This document shows positions 28,027 to 37,962 of a stretch of 64,000 nucleotides of DNA, in pieces; the first letter of the stretch is position 1; the number at the start of each line of letters is the position of its first letter. This stretch comes from Bacilli bacterium (GTDB lineage Bacteria > Bacillota_I > Bacilli_A > RF39 > UBA660): contig JAGHHZ010000024.1 of the NCBI GenBank assembly GCA_017887425.1, positions 49,534 to 113,533 of the forward strand. The letters run 5' to 3'. A model generated the notes under the pieces. It was given only the letters and a program-made list of their open reading frames with translations. It was not told the DNA's origin and ran no database searches. Made by a program: the position numbers and the translations under genes.

Positions 28027-29442
28027 ATGAACAAAACTAAAATAATTGCTACTATAGGACCAGCTACAGCTAACCGTGAAGCTTTGAAATCTTTGATTAT
28101 TAATGGTGTTGATGCTTTTAGAATTAACATGACTTATTCTAGTTTGAATTTTTGTGAACAAATTATCGATATGATAAACAGTTTAAATACAATGTTAAAA
28201 ACTTATGTTGCAGTTATTTTAGATGTCAAAGGACCAACTATTAAAGTGGGACGAATTTCAAATGGTAAAGCTTTTTTAAGACAAGATGACAAAATAAGAA
28301 TATTTATGGATCCGGTTCTAGGAGATTGCACAAAATTTAGTGTTGACTACCCTGATTTAGTTAACGATGCAATTTTAAATTCTATTATTGAGGTGGATAA
28401 TGGAAATGTTGAATTACAAGTCTTAGATAAAGGCGATGATTATTTATTGTGCAAAGTTTTAAAAGAGGGAACAATTGAAGATAATAAGACTGTTAATTTA
28501 CCCAATATTAAATTAAATCGAAAATTTTTAAGTGAGCAAGACAAAGAAGTAATTAGGTTCGCTAATCGAAAAAATGTTGACTTTTTAGCGCTTTCTTATG
28601 TATCTAGTTCTGATGATGTTTTAGAGGTAAATGATTTATTAATAAACTTAGGTAATGATCATTTGCAAATTATATCTAAAATCGAAAACAATTATGCTTT
28701 AGATGATATTGATAACATTATTAAAGTTAGCGATGGAATTATTATCGATCGAAAAGATTTAAGTGTGGAAGTACCTTTAGAAAAAATACCAGGCATTCAA
28801 AAAAAGATTATCTCTAAATGTCATGCTAAAGGTGCTATCAGTATTGTGGCCACTGACTTATTATCTGCAACACACACCAATAGTTATCCTACTAGAGCAG
28901 AAGTATCTGATATTGCCAATGCTGTTTTAGATGGTACTGATACAATTATGTTATCTGATGAGACAACAATTGGTACCAATCCAATTGAAACTTTAAAATT
29001 ACTAGAGAAAATTATTCACACAGCTGAAGAAGATATCGATTATGAATATATGTTAGAGCAGTCTATTAAAACAGAAAAAAGAGATGCTACGGGTTCTTTA
29101 GCTTATAGTGTAGCAGGGTGTGCTTTAAGGTTAAAGTGCAAAGCCATTTTTACGCCAACGATGAGTGGTTATACTGCTAAAAAAATCAGTCGTTTTAGAC
29201 CGCTTTGTCCAATTATCGCACCTAGTCCTAATATTGATACTACTAAATCTTTAGCTCTTAATTTTGGTGTATATCCAATTTTAATCGAAGATTTAAAAAG
29301 CTTAGATGCGATTATTGAAAAGAGTAAAAAAATAGCGCAAGATGTTTTGCTACTAAAAGAAAAAGATAATATTATTATTACTGGTGGCTATCCATTTAAA
29401 AAAATAAAAAGTACTAATTTTATGAAGATAGAAGAAATATAA
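28027..29442 (+). CDS. Pyruvate kinase-like paralog with substitutions at conserved substrate-binding positions
   Basis: Same fold and length as pyk. Motifs are degenerate (FRINMTYSS, DVKGPTIK, IIDRKDLSVE, ATDLLSAT, MLSDETTIG), while KIEN and PTRAEVSD are retained. Confidence 0.75.
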   Translation: MNKTKIIATIGPATANREALKSLIINGVDAFRINMTYSSLNFCEQIIDMINSLNTMLKTYVAVILDVKGPTIKVGRISNGKAFLRQDDKIRIFMDPVLGDCTKFSVDYPDLVNDAILNSIIEVDNGNVELQVLDKGDDYLLCKVLKEGTIEDNKTVNLPNIKLNRKFLSEQDKEVIRFANRKNVDFLALSYVSSSDDVLEVNDLLINLGNDHLQIISKIENNYALDDIDNIIKVSDGIIIDRKDLSVEVPLEKIPGIQKKIISKCHAKGAISIVATDLLSATHTNSYPTRAEVSDIANAVLDGTDTIMLSDETTIGTNPIETLKLLEKIIHTAEEDIDYEYMLEQSIKTEKRDATGSLAYSVAGCALRLKCKAIFTPTMSGYTAKKISRFRPLCPIIAPSPNIDTTKSLALNFGVYPILIEDLKSLDAIIEKSKKIAQDVLLLKEKDNIIITGGYPFKKIKSTNFMKIEEI

Positions 29443-29453
29443 GGGGTGAAATT

Positions 29454-31841
29454 ATGTATAATTTAGGAGAACAATTTAAAATTGATTATGAGACAGTAAT
29501 GCCTAATCAAGAAGCCATTCTTCAAGGTCAAAAATATCGTTTTACTGTTTTAAGTGAACGTTTAATTAGAATTGAGTATCGTGAAAACGGTGTTTTTAAT
29601 GATGAATTAACTGAATTAGTTAGAAATCGTAATTTTCCAAAGCCAAAATTTGAAATTAAAGAAGATAGGAATTATCTCGAATTAACGACACCATACTTTA
29701 AACTTTTTTATGCCAAGGAGACTAAGATAAACAATAGTAAAAATTTTTATGTTCAAGTTTTAAATACAGATAGAAGTTGGCATTATAACCATGTTGAGGC
29801 AAAAAACTATAGTGCACCAGTCCTAATTGAAAAAGGTAAAATCGAAAATACCAAAAGTTTATATTCTTTAGATGGCTTTGTTTCAATTGATGATTCCAAA
29901 GGGAAAATTGTTACACCTGATGGTATAATTAAAGAAAATACTTATGAAGGAATCGACATTTATCTATTTGTTTATGTAAATGATTTTGATTTATGTTTGA
30001 AAGATTATTTCAATTTGACTGGTCATCCAGCATTAATTCCGAGATTTGCTTTGGGAAACTGGTGGAGTCGAAATAACGAATATGATGATACATCTTTAAA
30101 AGAATTAGTTGATAATTTTGTTCATCATAAAATTCCAATTTCGATTGTTTTATTAGACAAGGATTGGCACATTCGTACTTATAAAGATAAAGAACATTTA
30201 AAAACAGGATTTACTTTTAATAAAGAATTATTTAAGGCTCCTTATGAAATGATTAGTTATCTTCATTCTCAGGGAATTAGAGTTGGCTTAAATATTAATC
30301 CAACTGAAGGATTTTACAACATTGATGAATATTATGAACAAGCTAAAAAATATCTTACTCCTGATGAAAATGGAGTAATTCCTTATAATGTTTTAGATCC
30401 AAAGTGGATAGATGTTTATTTAAAAATATATATTCATCCATTAGATGCTTTAGGTGTAGACTTCTATTGGTTAGATTGTTATGACCGTAAAAATATCGAA
30501 CAAGATTATCTATTAAAACATTATCAATTTTATGATATGGAAAGAAACTACAAACGTCGTCCAATGGTTTTGGGATATAATGCCGGTCTTGCCCAACACC
30601 GCTATCCTGTATTATACGCTGGTAAAACAGTTGTTAGCTGGAATTCATTAAAACAAATCCCTAAATATAATGCTAGTGCTACTAATATTGGTATAACTTG
30701 GTGGAGCCATGACATTGGTGGTTATTTTCAAGGTGTTGAAGATAATGAATTATATACAAGGTATGTTCAATTAGGAACATTCTCTCCAATTTTAAAATTT
30801 GGAGCTGATAATGGTAAATATTATAAAAGAGAACCTTGGCGTTGGAGTGTTAAAACATTTGGTATTGTTAAGGATTACCTAGAACTAAGACATAAGTTAA
30901 TTCCTTATTTATATAGTGAAGCTTATAAATATAGTAAAGATGGAACTCCTTTAATAAAACCAATATATTATATCGCTCCAGAAATGTATGATGATTTATT
31001 ATATAGTGATGAATACTATTTTGGTAGTCAATTCTTTATTTGTCCGATTACTAAGAAAAAAGATTATGTTATGAATCGTGTTGTCCATAGATTTTATATG
31101 CCAGAAGGCATATGGTATGATTTCTTTACCGGTAAAAAATATCCAGGTAATAATAATTATGTATCTTTCTATAAAGATCAAAATTATCCGGTATTTGCTA
31201 AAGCAGGAAGTATTATACCTTTAGGGTACAATGATAACATCAACGATACAACGCCACCTAAAAATATGGAAATTCATTTTTTCCCTGGTATTAGTAATGA
31301 ATATTTACTATATGAAGATGACGGACTATCTAGTTTATATAAAAAAGGATTTTATTTATTAACTAAAATCGAATATAATTATATGCCAAGTAATTATACA
31401 GTAATAATTCGGGCTTTAGAAGGAAAGAGTGGAATAGTTCCAGATTATCGTAATTATAAATTGATATTTAGAAATGCTAAAAAAGCCACTGATGTTATTG
31501 TATATGAAAATAAAGAAGAAATAAAATGTAAATCATATGTATCAGGTCCAGACTTTATCGTTGAAATTGAAAATGTTCGTTCAATTGGTCAGTTAACAGT
31601 TAACTGTAAAGGTAAAGATATCGAATTTGATCCAACTCGTTTAATTAATGATGATATTGCCGGTATCCTAGATGACTTACAAATCGAAACTTTAATGAAA
31701 GAAAAAATCGATGCTATTATTTTTGCCGACATGCCAATTAAGAAGAAAAGAATAGCTATTAGAAAATTACGAAGAAAAGGTCTAGAACGTAAGTTTATTA
31801 AATTATTCTTAAGATTACTAGAATATATTGGTACAGTTTAA
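29454..31841 (+). CDS. Large glycoside hydrolase, GH31-like (alpha-glucosidase/alpha-xylosidase-like), 795 aa
   Basis: WWSHDIGGYFQG resembles the GH31 G-[AF]-D-[IV]-[CG]-G-F signature and a (beta/alpha)8-type central region. The nucleophile region YWLDCYD is non-canonical compared with WIDMNE. Confidence 0.45.
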   Translation: MYNLGEQFKIDYETVMPNQEAILQGQKYRFTVLSERLIRIEYRENGVFNDELTELVRNRNFPKPKFEIKEDRNYLELTTPYFKLFYAKETKINNSKNFYVQVLNTDRSWHYNHVEAKNYSAPVLIEKGKIENTKSLYSLDGFVSIDDSKGKIVTPDGIIKENTYEGIDIYLFVYVNDFDLCLKDYFNLTGHPALIPRFALGNWWSRNNEYDDTSLKELVDNFVHHKIPISIVLLDKDWHIRTYKDKEHLKTGFTFNKELFKAPYEMISYLHSQGIRVGLNINPTEGFYNIDEYYEQAKKYLTPDENGVIPYNVLDPKWIDVYLKIYIHPLDALGVDFYWLDCYDRKNIEQDYLLKHYQFYDMERNYKRRPMVLGYNAGLAQHRYPVLYAGKTVVSWNSLKQIPKYNASATNIGITWWSHDIGGYFQGVEDNELYTRYVQLGTFSPILKFGADNGKYYKREPWRWSVKTFGIVKDYLELRHKLIPYLYSEAYKYSKDGTPLIKPIYYIAPEMYDDLLYSDEYYFGSQFFICPITKKKDYVMNRVVHRFYMPEGIWYDFFTGKKYPGNNNYVSFYKDQNYPVFAKAGSIIPLGYNDNINDTTPPKNMEIHFFPGISNEYLLYEDDGLSSLYKKGFYLLTKIEYNYMPSNYTVIIRALEGKSGIVPDYRNYKLIFRNAKKATDVIVYENKEEIKCKSYVSGPDFIVEIENVRSIGQLTVNCKGKDIEFDPTRLINDDIAGILDDLQIETLMKEKIDAIIFADMPIKKKRIAIRKLRRKGLERKFIKLFLRLLEYIGTV

Positions 31842-31917
31842 ATTTTATTTGGATATATTATAAAATTATTGAATTTATTGTTAATTTATAATATAATAAG
31901 AGCATAGTTTTAAAATT

Positions 31918-32286
31918 ATGTTCTTTTTTTGGAGAGTGAATAATATGGTATATTTAATAAGTTTTGTTATCGCATTTTTGATTGTTTATTTGTTTTATTT
32001 TTTTACAGTCATTCTGCAAAAGAAAAAATACGATAAATTTAAAAAAAGTAATCAAGTTATGTACTTTGTTAATCGTTATAAATTAAATGTTAATAAAATA
32101 AATATAAAAAAATTTATTCATATTATCAGTTTAACAAATTCTTTAATAATAGCAATTGCTTTTACAGCTACATTTTTAGTAGAAAACATTTTATTACAAT
32201 TATTAATTGGATTACTTGTTTTAATACCATTAATATTAATTAGTTATAGTTTGATTGGAATTTATTTAAAAAAGGAGTGTCAATAA
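31918..32286 (+). CDS. Small hypothetical membrane protein
   Basis: Two or three predicted TM helices. Its end overlaps the leuS start. No motifs recognised. Confidence 0.35.
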   Translation: MFFFWRVNNMVYLISFVIAFLIVYLFYFFTVILQKKKYDKFKKSNQVMYFVNRYKLNVNKINIKKFIHIISLTNSLIIAIAFTATFLVENILLQLLIGLLVLIPLILISYSLIGIYLKKECQ

Positions 32287-34661
32287 TGAATACAAAAGAA
32301 ATAGAAAAAAAATGGCGTAAATATTGGGAGGAAAATAAAACTTTTAAAACTGATGTCTGGGATTTTAGTAAGCCTAAGTTTTATGCTTTGGATATGTTTC
32401 CTTATCCATCTGGTCAAGGATTACACGTTGGTCATCCAGAAGGATATACTGCTACTGATATTGTTTCAAGAATGAAGAGAATGCAAGGATATAATGTATT
32501 ACATCCAATGGGCTTTGATGCTTTTGGATTACCAGCTGAACAATATGCTATCAATACGGGAAATCATCCGGAAGGATTTACCTTAAAAAATATTGCTACA
32601 TTTACAGAACAATTAAAAATGTTAGGTTTTTCATTTGATTGGGATCGCGAAGTTTCAACATGTGATCCAAGTTATTATAAATGGACACAGTGGATTTTTA
32701 GTGAGTTATATAAAGATGGTTTAGCCAAACAAATTGAAATGCCTGTTAATTGGTGTCCAGAACTTGGAACAGTTTTAGCTAATGACGAAGTAATTGATGG
32801 TAAAAGTGAAAGAGGAGGATTCCCTGTTATTCGTAAAAATATGAAACAATGGGTAATCGATATCCCTAAATATGCTGAAAAGTTATTATCAGGATTAGAT
32901 ACCATCGACTGGCCAGAATCAACTAAAGAAATGCAAAAAAATTGGATTGGTAAATCAGTTGGTGCTCACGTTAAATTTAAGGTTAATGAAGATGAATTTA
33001 CTGTTTTTACAACAAGATGTGATACTTTATTTGGAGCAACTTATTGCGTCCTTGCTCCAGAACATGATTTAGTTGATAAAATAACAACTGAAGAATATAA
33101 AAATCAAGTTTCAGAATATAAAAAAATATGTGCTTCTAAATCAGAATTAGAAAGAACAGAACTAAATAAAGAAAAAACAGGTGTTTTTACCGGTGCTTAT
33201 GCTATTAACCCTGTTAATGGTAGAAAAATACCTATTTGGATATCAGACTATGTTTTAGCAACTTATGGAACAGGTGCTATTATGGCTGTTCCTGCTCACG
33301 ATGAAAGAGATTATGAATTCGCTAAAAAATTTAATCTAGAAATTATTCCCGTTATCGATGGTGGTGATATATCTTGTGAAGCATATGTCGGTGATGGATT
33401 ACATATTAATTCTGAATTTTTAAACGGATTAAATAAAGAAGATGCAATTAATAAGATGATTGATTGGTTAGAAGAAAATAACTTAGGAACTAAACACATT
33501 AACTATCGTTTAAGAGAATGGATTTTTGCGCGTCAAAGATATTGGGGTGAACCAATCCCAATTATTCATCTAGAAAATGGTCAAGATATATTAGAAACTA
33601 ATTTACCTTTAGTTTTACCAGAATTAGAAGATTATAGCCCATCTAAAGATGGCGCATCACCACTAGAGAAAGCAACTGACTGGGTTAATGTTGAAGTAAA
33701 TGGTATAAAAGGAAAAAGAGAAACATCAACTATGCCAGGATCTGCTGGCTCAAGTTGGTACTTCTTAAGGTATATTGATCCACATAATGATAAAGAAATA
33801 GCTGATAAAAAATTAATTGAACATTGGATGCCAGTTGATTTATATATTGGTGGACCAGAACATGCGGTTGGACACCTATTATATTCTCGAATGTGGAACC
33901 ACTATTTACACGAAAAAGGAATTGTTAATGTTGCTGAACCATTTCAAAAATTATTTCATCAAGGTATGATATTAGGTTCAAATAATGAAAAAATGAGTAA
34001 ATCAAGAGGTAATGTTGTCAATCCAGATGATATAATTAACGAATATGGTGCGGATACATTAAGATTATATGAAATGTTTATGGGACCACTTGAAATGAGT
34101 AAACCTTGGAGTGAACAAGGTGTAGCTGGCGCTCATCGTTTTATTGAAAGAGTATACCGCTTATATACTGAAGGTAACATCAAAGATGAAGAAAATAAAA
34201 ACTTAGAAAAAATATATCATCAAACAGTTAAAAAGGTAACTCAAGATTATGAAACTTTAAACTTCAATACAGCGATTAGTCAAATAATGATTTTTGTTAA
34301 TGCCGTTTATAAAGAAGAAATATTCCCATTAGAATATGCTAATAACTTACTTAAATTATTAAACCCTGTTATTCCATTTATTACTGAAGAGTTATGGAAT
34401 AGATTAGGTCACAATGATACTATTGCTTATGAGACTTGGCCTACTTATGATGAAGAAAAAACAAAAGAAGAAATGTTCGAAATGGTCGTTCAAGTTAATG
34501 GTAAAGTAAGAGGTAAAATTAGTGTTAGTATGGATACTCCTAAAGAAGAAATGGAAAGTTTAGCTAAAGAATTAGAAAATGTTAAAAGATATATTGAAAA
34601 TAAAGAAATTGTTAAAGTTATAACAGTTCCTAAAAAATTAGTCAATATTGTTATAAAATAA
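32286..34661 (+). CDS. leuS: Leucine--tRNA ligase
   Basis: HIGH region [21 protein letters not shown] ([10 protein letters not shown]), and editing CP1 domain. The Met at 32286 follows AAGGAG. Confidence 0.93.
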   Translation: MNTKEIEKKWRKYWEENKTFKTDVWDFSKPKFYALDMFPYPSGQGLHVGHPEGYTATDIVSRMKRMQGYNVLHPMGFDAFGLPAEQYAINTGNHPEGFTLKNIATFTEQLKMLGFSFDWDREVSTCDPSYYKWTQWIFSELYKDGLAKQIEMPVNWCPELGTVLANDEVIDGKSERGGFPVIRKNMKQWVIDIPKYAEKLLSGLDTIDWPESTKEMQKNWIGKSVGAHVKFKVNEDEFTVFTTRCDTLFGATYCVLAPEHDLVDKITTEEYKNQVSEYKKICASKSELERTELNKEKTGVFTGAYAINPVNGRKIPIWISDYVLATYGTGAIMAVPAHDERDYEFAKKFNLEIIPVIDGGDISCEAYVGDGLHINSEFLNGLNKEDAINKMIDWLEENNLGTKHINYRLREWIFARQRYWGEPIPIIHLENGQDILETNLPLVLPELEDYSPSKDGASPLEKATDWVNVEVNGIKGKRETSTMPGSAGSSWYFLRYIDPHNDKEIADKKLIEHWMPVDLYIGGPEHAVGHLLYSRMWNHYLHEKGIVNVAEPFQKLFHQGMILGSNNEKMSKSRGNVVNPDDIINEYGADTLRLYEMFMGPLEMSKPWSEQGVAGAHRFIERVYRLYTEGNIKDEENKNLEKIYHQTVKKVTQDYETLNFNTAISQIMIFVNAVYKEEIFPLEYANNLLKLLNPVIPFITEELWNRLGHNDTIAYETWPTYDEEKTKEEMFEMVVQVNGKVRGKISVSMDTPKEEMESLAKELENVKRYIENKEIVKVITVPKKLVNIVIK

Positions 34662-34678
34662 CGTAAAGGAGAATAAAA

Positions 34679-36286
34679 ATGAAAGATATATTGATAGGAG
34701 GAGCTTGGCCTTATGCAAATAACTCTTTACACATTGGCCATTTAGCAGCGTTACTACCTGCTGATATAATCGCGAGATATCATCGTGGTTGTGGCAATAG
34801 AGTAATTTATGTATCAGGTACTGATTGTCATGGGACACCAATTACTGTAAGAGCTAAAAAAGAAGGTGTAACTCCTGAAAGTATTGCGACAAAATATCAT
34901 GAAGAATTTGTTAATAGTTTTAAAAACTTAGATTTTTCTTATGATTTTTATACAGCAACAATGACTTTAGAACACAAAAAACAAGTTCAAGAATTTTATA
35001 AAATTATTTTAGACAATGGTTATATTTATGAGCAAGAAGATGAACAAGATTTTTGCCCTAAATGTAATGAATATTTATCTGATCGAGAAATAGTTGGAAC
35101 TTGTCCACATTGCGGTGGTAATGCAATGGGCGAGCAATGCGATGACTGTTTAAGTCCAATCAATCCTAAAGAACTAAAAGATAAACATTGTAAAATCTGT
35201 GGGACACCAACTATTATTAAGAAAAATAAACACTTATATTTTAAACTATCAGCCTTCCAATCATTATTAGAAAAATTAGTCGCTAATAGAGAAGATGATT
35301 GGCGCAAAAATGCTATTAATGAAACTAAAAAATATCTTAATTTAGGCTTGATTGACCGTGCTACAACTCGTCAATTAACTTGGGGTATCGATGTTCCAGT
35401 TGATGGCTATGAAGATAAAAAAATCTATGTTTGGATCGAAGCTGTTTTGGGATATTTAACTGCTAGTATGAAAGTATGCAAAGATCGTAATATTGATTTT
35501 GATGAATTTTTAACTGATAAAGAAAATTTAATCACTTATTTTGTTCATGGCAAAGATAATATTACATTCCATACTGTTATTTATCCAGCCTTGTTAAATG
35601 CCATTAATCCGAAGTGGCAATTACCTAAAAAAATTATTTCTTCAGAATATGTTAATATGAATGATGAAAAAATGAGTAAAAGTAAAGGTAATTTAATTAC
35701 TATGGATGAATTGGCTGATACTTATAATAAAGATACTGTAAGATATTATATGATTGCCAACGGACCAGAAAAAAAAGATGTTAATTTCTCAACTTCTGAT
35801 TTGATATTAAGTCATAATAAATTTTTAGTTGGTGTAATTGGTAACTTTATTAATCGTAATTTATCATTTGTCAATAAAAAATTCGATGGTGTTATTAAAA
35901 AAGCTGAAATTGATGTTGATATAATGGCACGTACTAAAGCTATTTATGATGAAGTTGGTAAATTAATTGAAGATGGCGAATTAAAACAAGCTCTTAATAC
36001 TATTATTGATTATGCTACTTTAGGTAATAAATACTATGATGAAAGACAACCTTGGATTCAAGTTAAAGAAGATATTAATGCTTTCAATGAAACAACTTAT
36101 ACTTGTGTTTATATTATGGCTAATTTATCTAACTTATTAAATCCATTTATACCAAGTAGTGCTGATAAAATCAAAAATATGTTAGGTTTAAAACCATTTA
36201 AATGGGAAGAGTACAAATTAGATTCTGATTTGAAAATCAATAATTTAGAATTGTTATTTAATCGAATTGATGAAACTAAAGAATAA
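34679..36286 (+). CDS. metG: Methionine--tRNA ligase (short form without C-terminal tRNA-binding domain)
   Basis: HIGH motif PYANNSLHIGHLAA, zinc knuckles CPKC...CPHC...CDDC...CKIC, and KMSKSKGN. Confidence 0.9.
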   Translation: MKDILIGGAWPYANNSLHIGHLAALLPADIIARYHRGCGNRVIYVSGTDCHGTPITVRAKKEGVTPESIATKYHEEFVNSFKNLDFSYDFYTATMTLEHKKQVQEFYKIILDNGYIYEQEDEQDFCPKCNEYLSDREIVGTCPHCGGNAMGEQCDDCLSPINPKELKDKHCKICGTPTIIKKNKHLYFKLSAFQSLLEKLVANREDDWRKNAINETKKYLNLGLIDRATTRQLTWGIDVPVDGYEDKKIYVWIEAVLGYLTASMKVCKDRNIDFDEFLTDKENLITYFVHGKDNITFHTVIYPALLNAINPKWQLPKKIISSEYVNMNDEKMSKSKGNLITMDELADTYNKDTVRYYMIANGPEKKDVNFSTSDLILSHNKFLVGVIGNFINRNLSFVNKKFDGVIKKAEIDVDIMARTKAIYDEVGKLIEDGELKQALNTIIDYATLGNKYYDERQPWIQVKEDINAFNETTYTCVYIMANLSNLLNPFIPSSADKIKNMLGLKPFKWEEYKLDSDLKINNLELLFNRIDETKE

Positions 36287-36313
36287 AATCTTTAGTTTTT
36301 TTTGTTAAATAAA
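36286..36313. terminator. Bidirectional terminator between metG and the convergent flippase gene
   Basis: CTAAAGA-ataaaa-TCTTTAG hairpin followed by T8. Confidence 0.55.
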
Positions 36314-37603
36314 TTACACATACTTTCTAACATCAACAATGTGATGAATCGTAACATAAATAATATTCACACTACTTGCAATTACTAAACTCCATAAACC
36401 TAGTCCCATATTACAACATACAATCAAGCAAACAGTTCTTAAAATCATACCAACTAATGTTCCAAACATAGCTGTATGAGATTTGCCAATTGCTTGTAAA
36501 GTGGATGTAAGGGGAGCTTGAATATAATGAAGTAGGCAAATAGGGGCTAAAACTTTAATGTAATTAATTCCTTCATTAGTATTAAAAATTAATTTTAAAG
36601 GTATTTCAGGAATAAAGGTAAAGATTAAAGTGGCAGGAATTCCTATCAACAAAGAAAAGAACAAAGCTTGTTTTATCTTATTTCTAACATATTCATATTT
36701 TTTATTACTATATCCTTGACTAACAATAGGTAATAGGGCTTGTGATATCGCACCAGTAAAAAATGAAGGTAATAATATAAGAGGCATAACATAACCATTT
36801 AAAACACCATATTCTGTTAAAATATATTGATTAGTAAAGCCTGTTTTAAGTAAAAAAAAGGTCAAGATAATTGGTTCAAAAAAGGCCCCAATAGTTCCGA
36901 TTAGACGACTACCAGTTGTCGGTAAACTTATTTCCAAAATATCTTTGATATTACTCAAATTAGGAGTAATATCATTTTTATTTAATTTAAAATTTTTAGG
37001 TAGAAAGAAAAATAAAATAATAATAGAAGTTAATTCACTAATAATATTAGATAAAATTAAAAATGCAACAGCATATTCTAAACCTTTCATTAAAAACAAT
37101 GGTGTAAATAAAATAATACTAATTAATCTTGTTATATCTTCGGTGATGTTAGAAACAACATGGGGAATCATTTTCTGTTTACCAAAAAAGTAACCTCTTA
37201 AAATGCTTGATATTGATATGAATGGTAAAACTAAACCAATAGCAATAATTGAATAATAGCTTCGTGGCTCATGCAATAAATTATCGGCAATAAATCTACC
37301 ACTTATTAATATGGTTAACATAATTAAAATATTAATAATAATAGCAATTGCTACAGCTGAAAAAACTAATTTTTTATTATTTCTTTTATCTTCAGAAACT
37401 AATTTAGAAATGGCTGTTGGCATACCTAAAGTGCAAATGGCGATAAACAACATAAAAGTTGGATTTACTAACATATATAATCCGATACCTTCAGTACCGA
37501 CTAATCTAGTCATAACAATTTTAATAACCATGCTTAAAATTTTCGTTATAAATCCACCAATAATCAAAATAATAGTAGCAACAACAAATTTATTTTTTTT
37601 CAT
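36314..37603 (-). CDS. MOP-superfamily polysaccharide biosynthesis protein / putative flippase (Wzx/MurJ/MATE-like)
   Basis: 429-aa polytopic membrane protein (about 12 TM helices) with an N-terminal KFVVATIILIIGGFITKILSMVIKIVMTRLVG segment typical of the polysaccharide biosynthesis protein family. Confidence 0.6.
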   Translation of the reverse strand: MKKNKFVVATIILIIGGFITKILSMVIKIVMTRLVGTEGIGLYMLVNPTFMLFIAICTLGMPTAISKLVSEDKRNNKKLVFSAVAIAIIINILIMLTILISGRFIADNLLHEPRSYYSIIAIGLVLPFISISSILRGYFFGKQKMIPHVVSNITEDITRLISIILFTPLFLMKGLEYAVAFLILSNIISELTSIIILFFFLPKNFKLNKNDITPNLSNIKDILEISLPTTGSRLIGTIGAFFEPIILTFFLLKTGFTNQYILTEYGVLNGYVMPLILLPSFFTGAISQALLPIVSQGYSNKKYEYVRNKIKQALFFSLLIGIPATLIFTFIPEIPLKLIFNTNEGINYIKVLAPICLLHYIQAPLTSTLQAIGKSHTAMFGTLVGMILRTVCLIVCCNMGLGLWSLVIASSVNIIYVTIHHIVDVRKYV

Positions 37604-37682
37604 AAATCACCTTTAAAAATATTAAATTTTACTATATAATATATATGTATAAGTCCTTGAAAATATTTAAAGGAGTGAAATT

Positions 37683-37958
37683 ATGGATATCGAATTTAAC
37701 AGTTTAGAAGAATTATATAATAGATTAAAACCAGCTTTAAATACTAAGCAAAGAGAAATGATAAGAAACGGTTATAACTATATAAAAATAGAAGATATTT
37801 GGAATTATTTAAAAGAAATAAAGTGGAAGAAAGCTAATAATTTAGCTTTATATGAGATGGTTAGTGATGTTTTAAATATCGATGATGTGGTAATTGATGG
37901 TTATTTAAAACAAAAATTAAATTTAAAATCAAGAGAAGTTTATTTTAAAGAAGAGTGA
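37683..37958 (+). CDS. Small protein upstream of relA, possibly a ComN-like post-transcriptional regulator
   Basis: 91 aa with a W..YL....W..K..N..AL segment. The assignment is from memory of the ComN/YrzD family only. Confidence 0.3.
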   Translation: MDIEFNSLEELYNRLKPALNTKQREMIRNGYNYIKIEDIWNYLKEIKWKKANNLALYEMVSDVLNIDDVVIDGYLKQKLNLKSREVYFKEE

Positions 37959-37962
37959 TAAA

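Noticed and set aside
36945-37616. Two plus-strand ORFs (36945..37193, 37311..37616) opposite the MOP flippase gene
   Set aside because: They are hydrophobic shadow ORFs antisense to a 12-TM membrane protein gene. No independent support.
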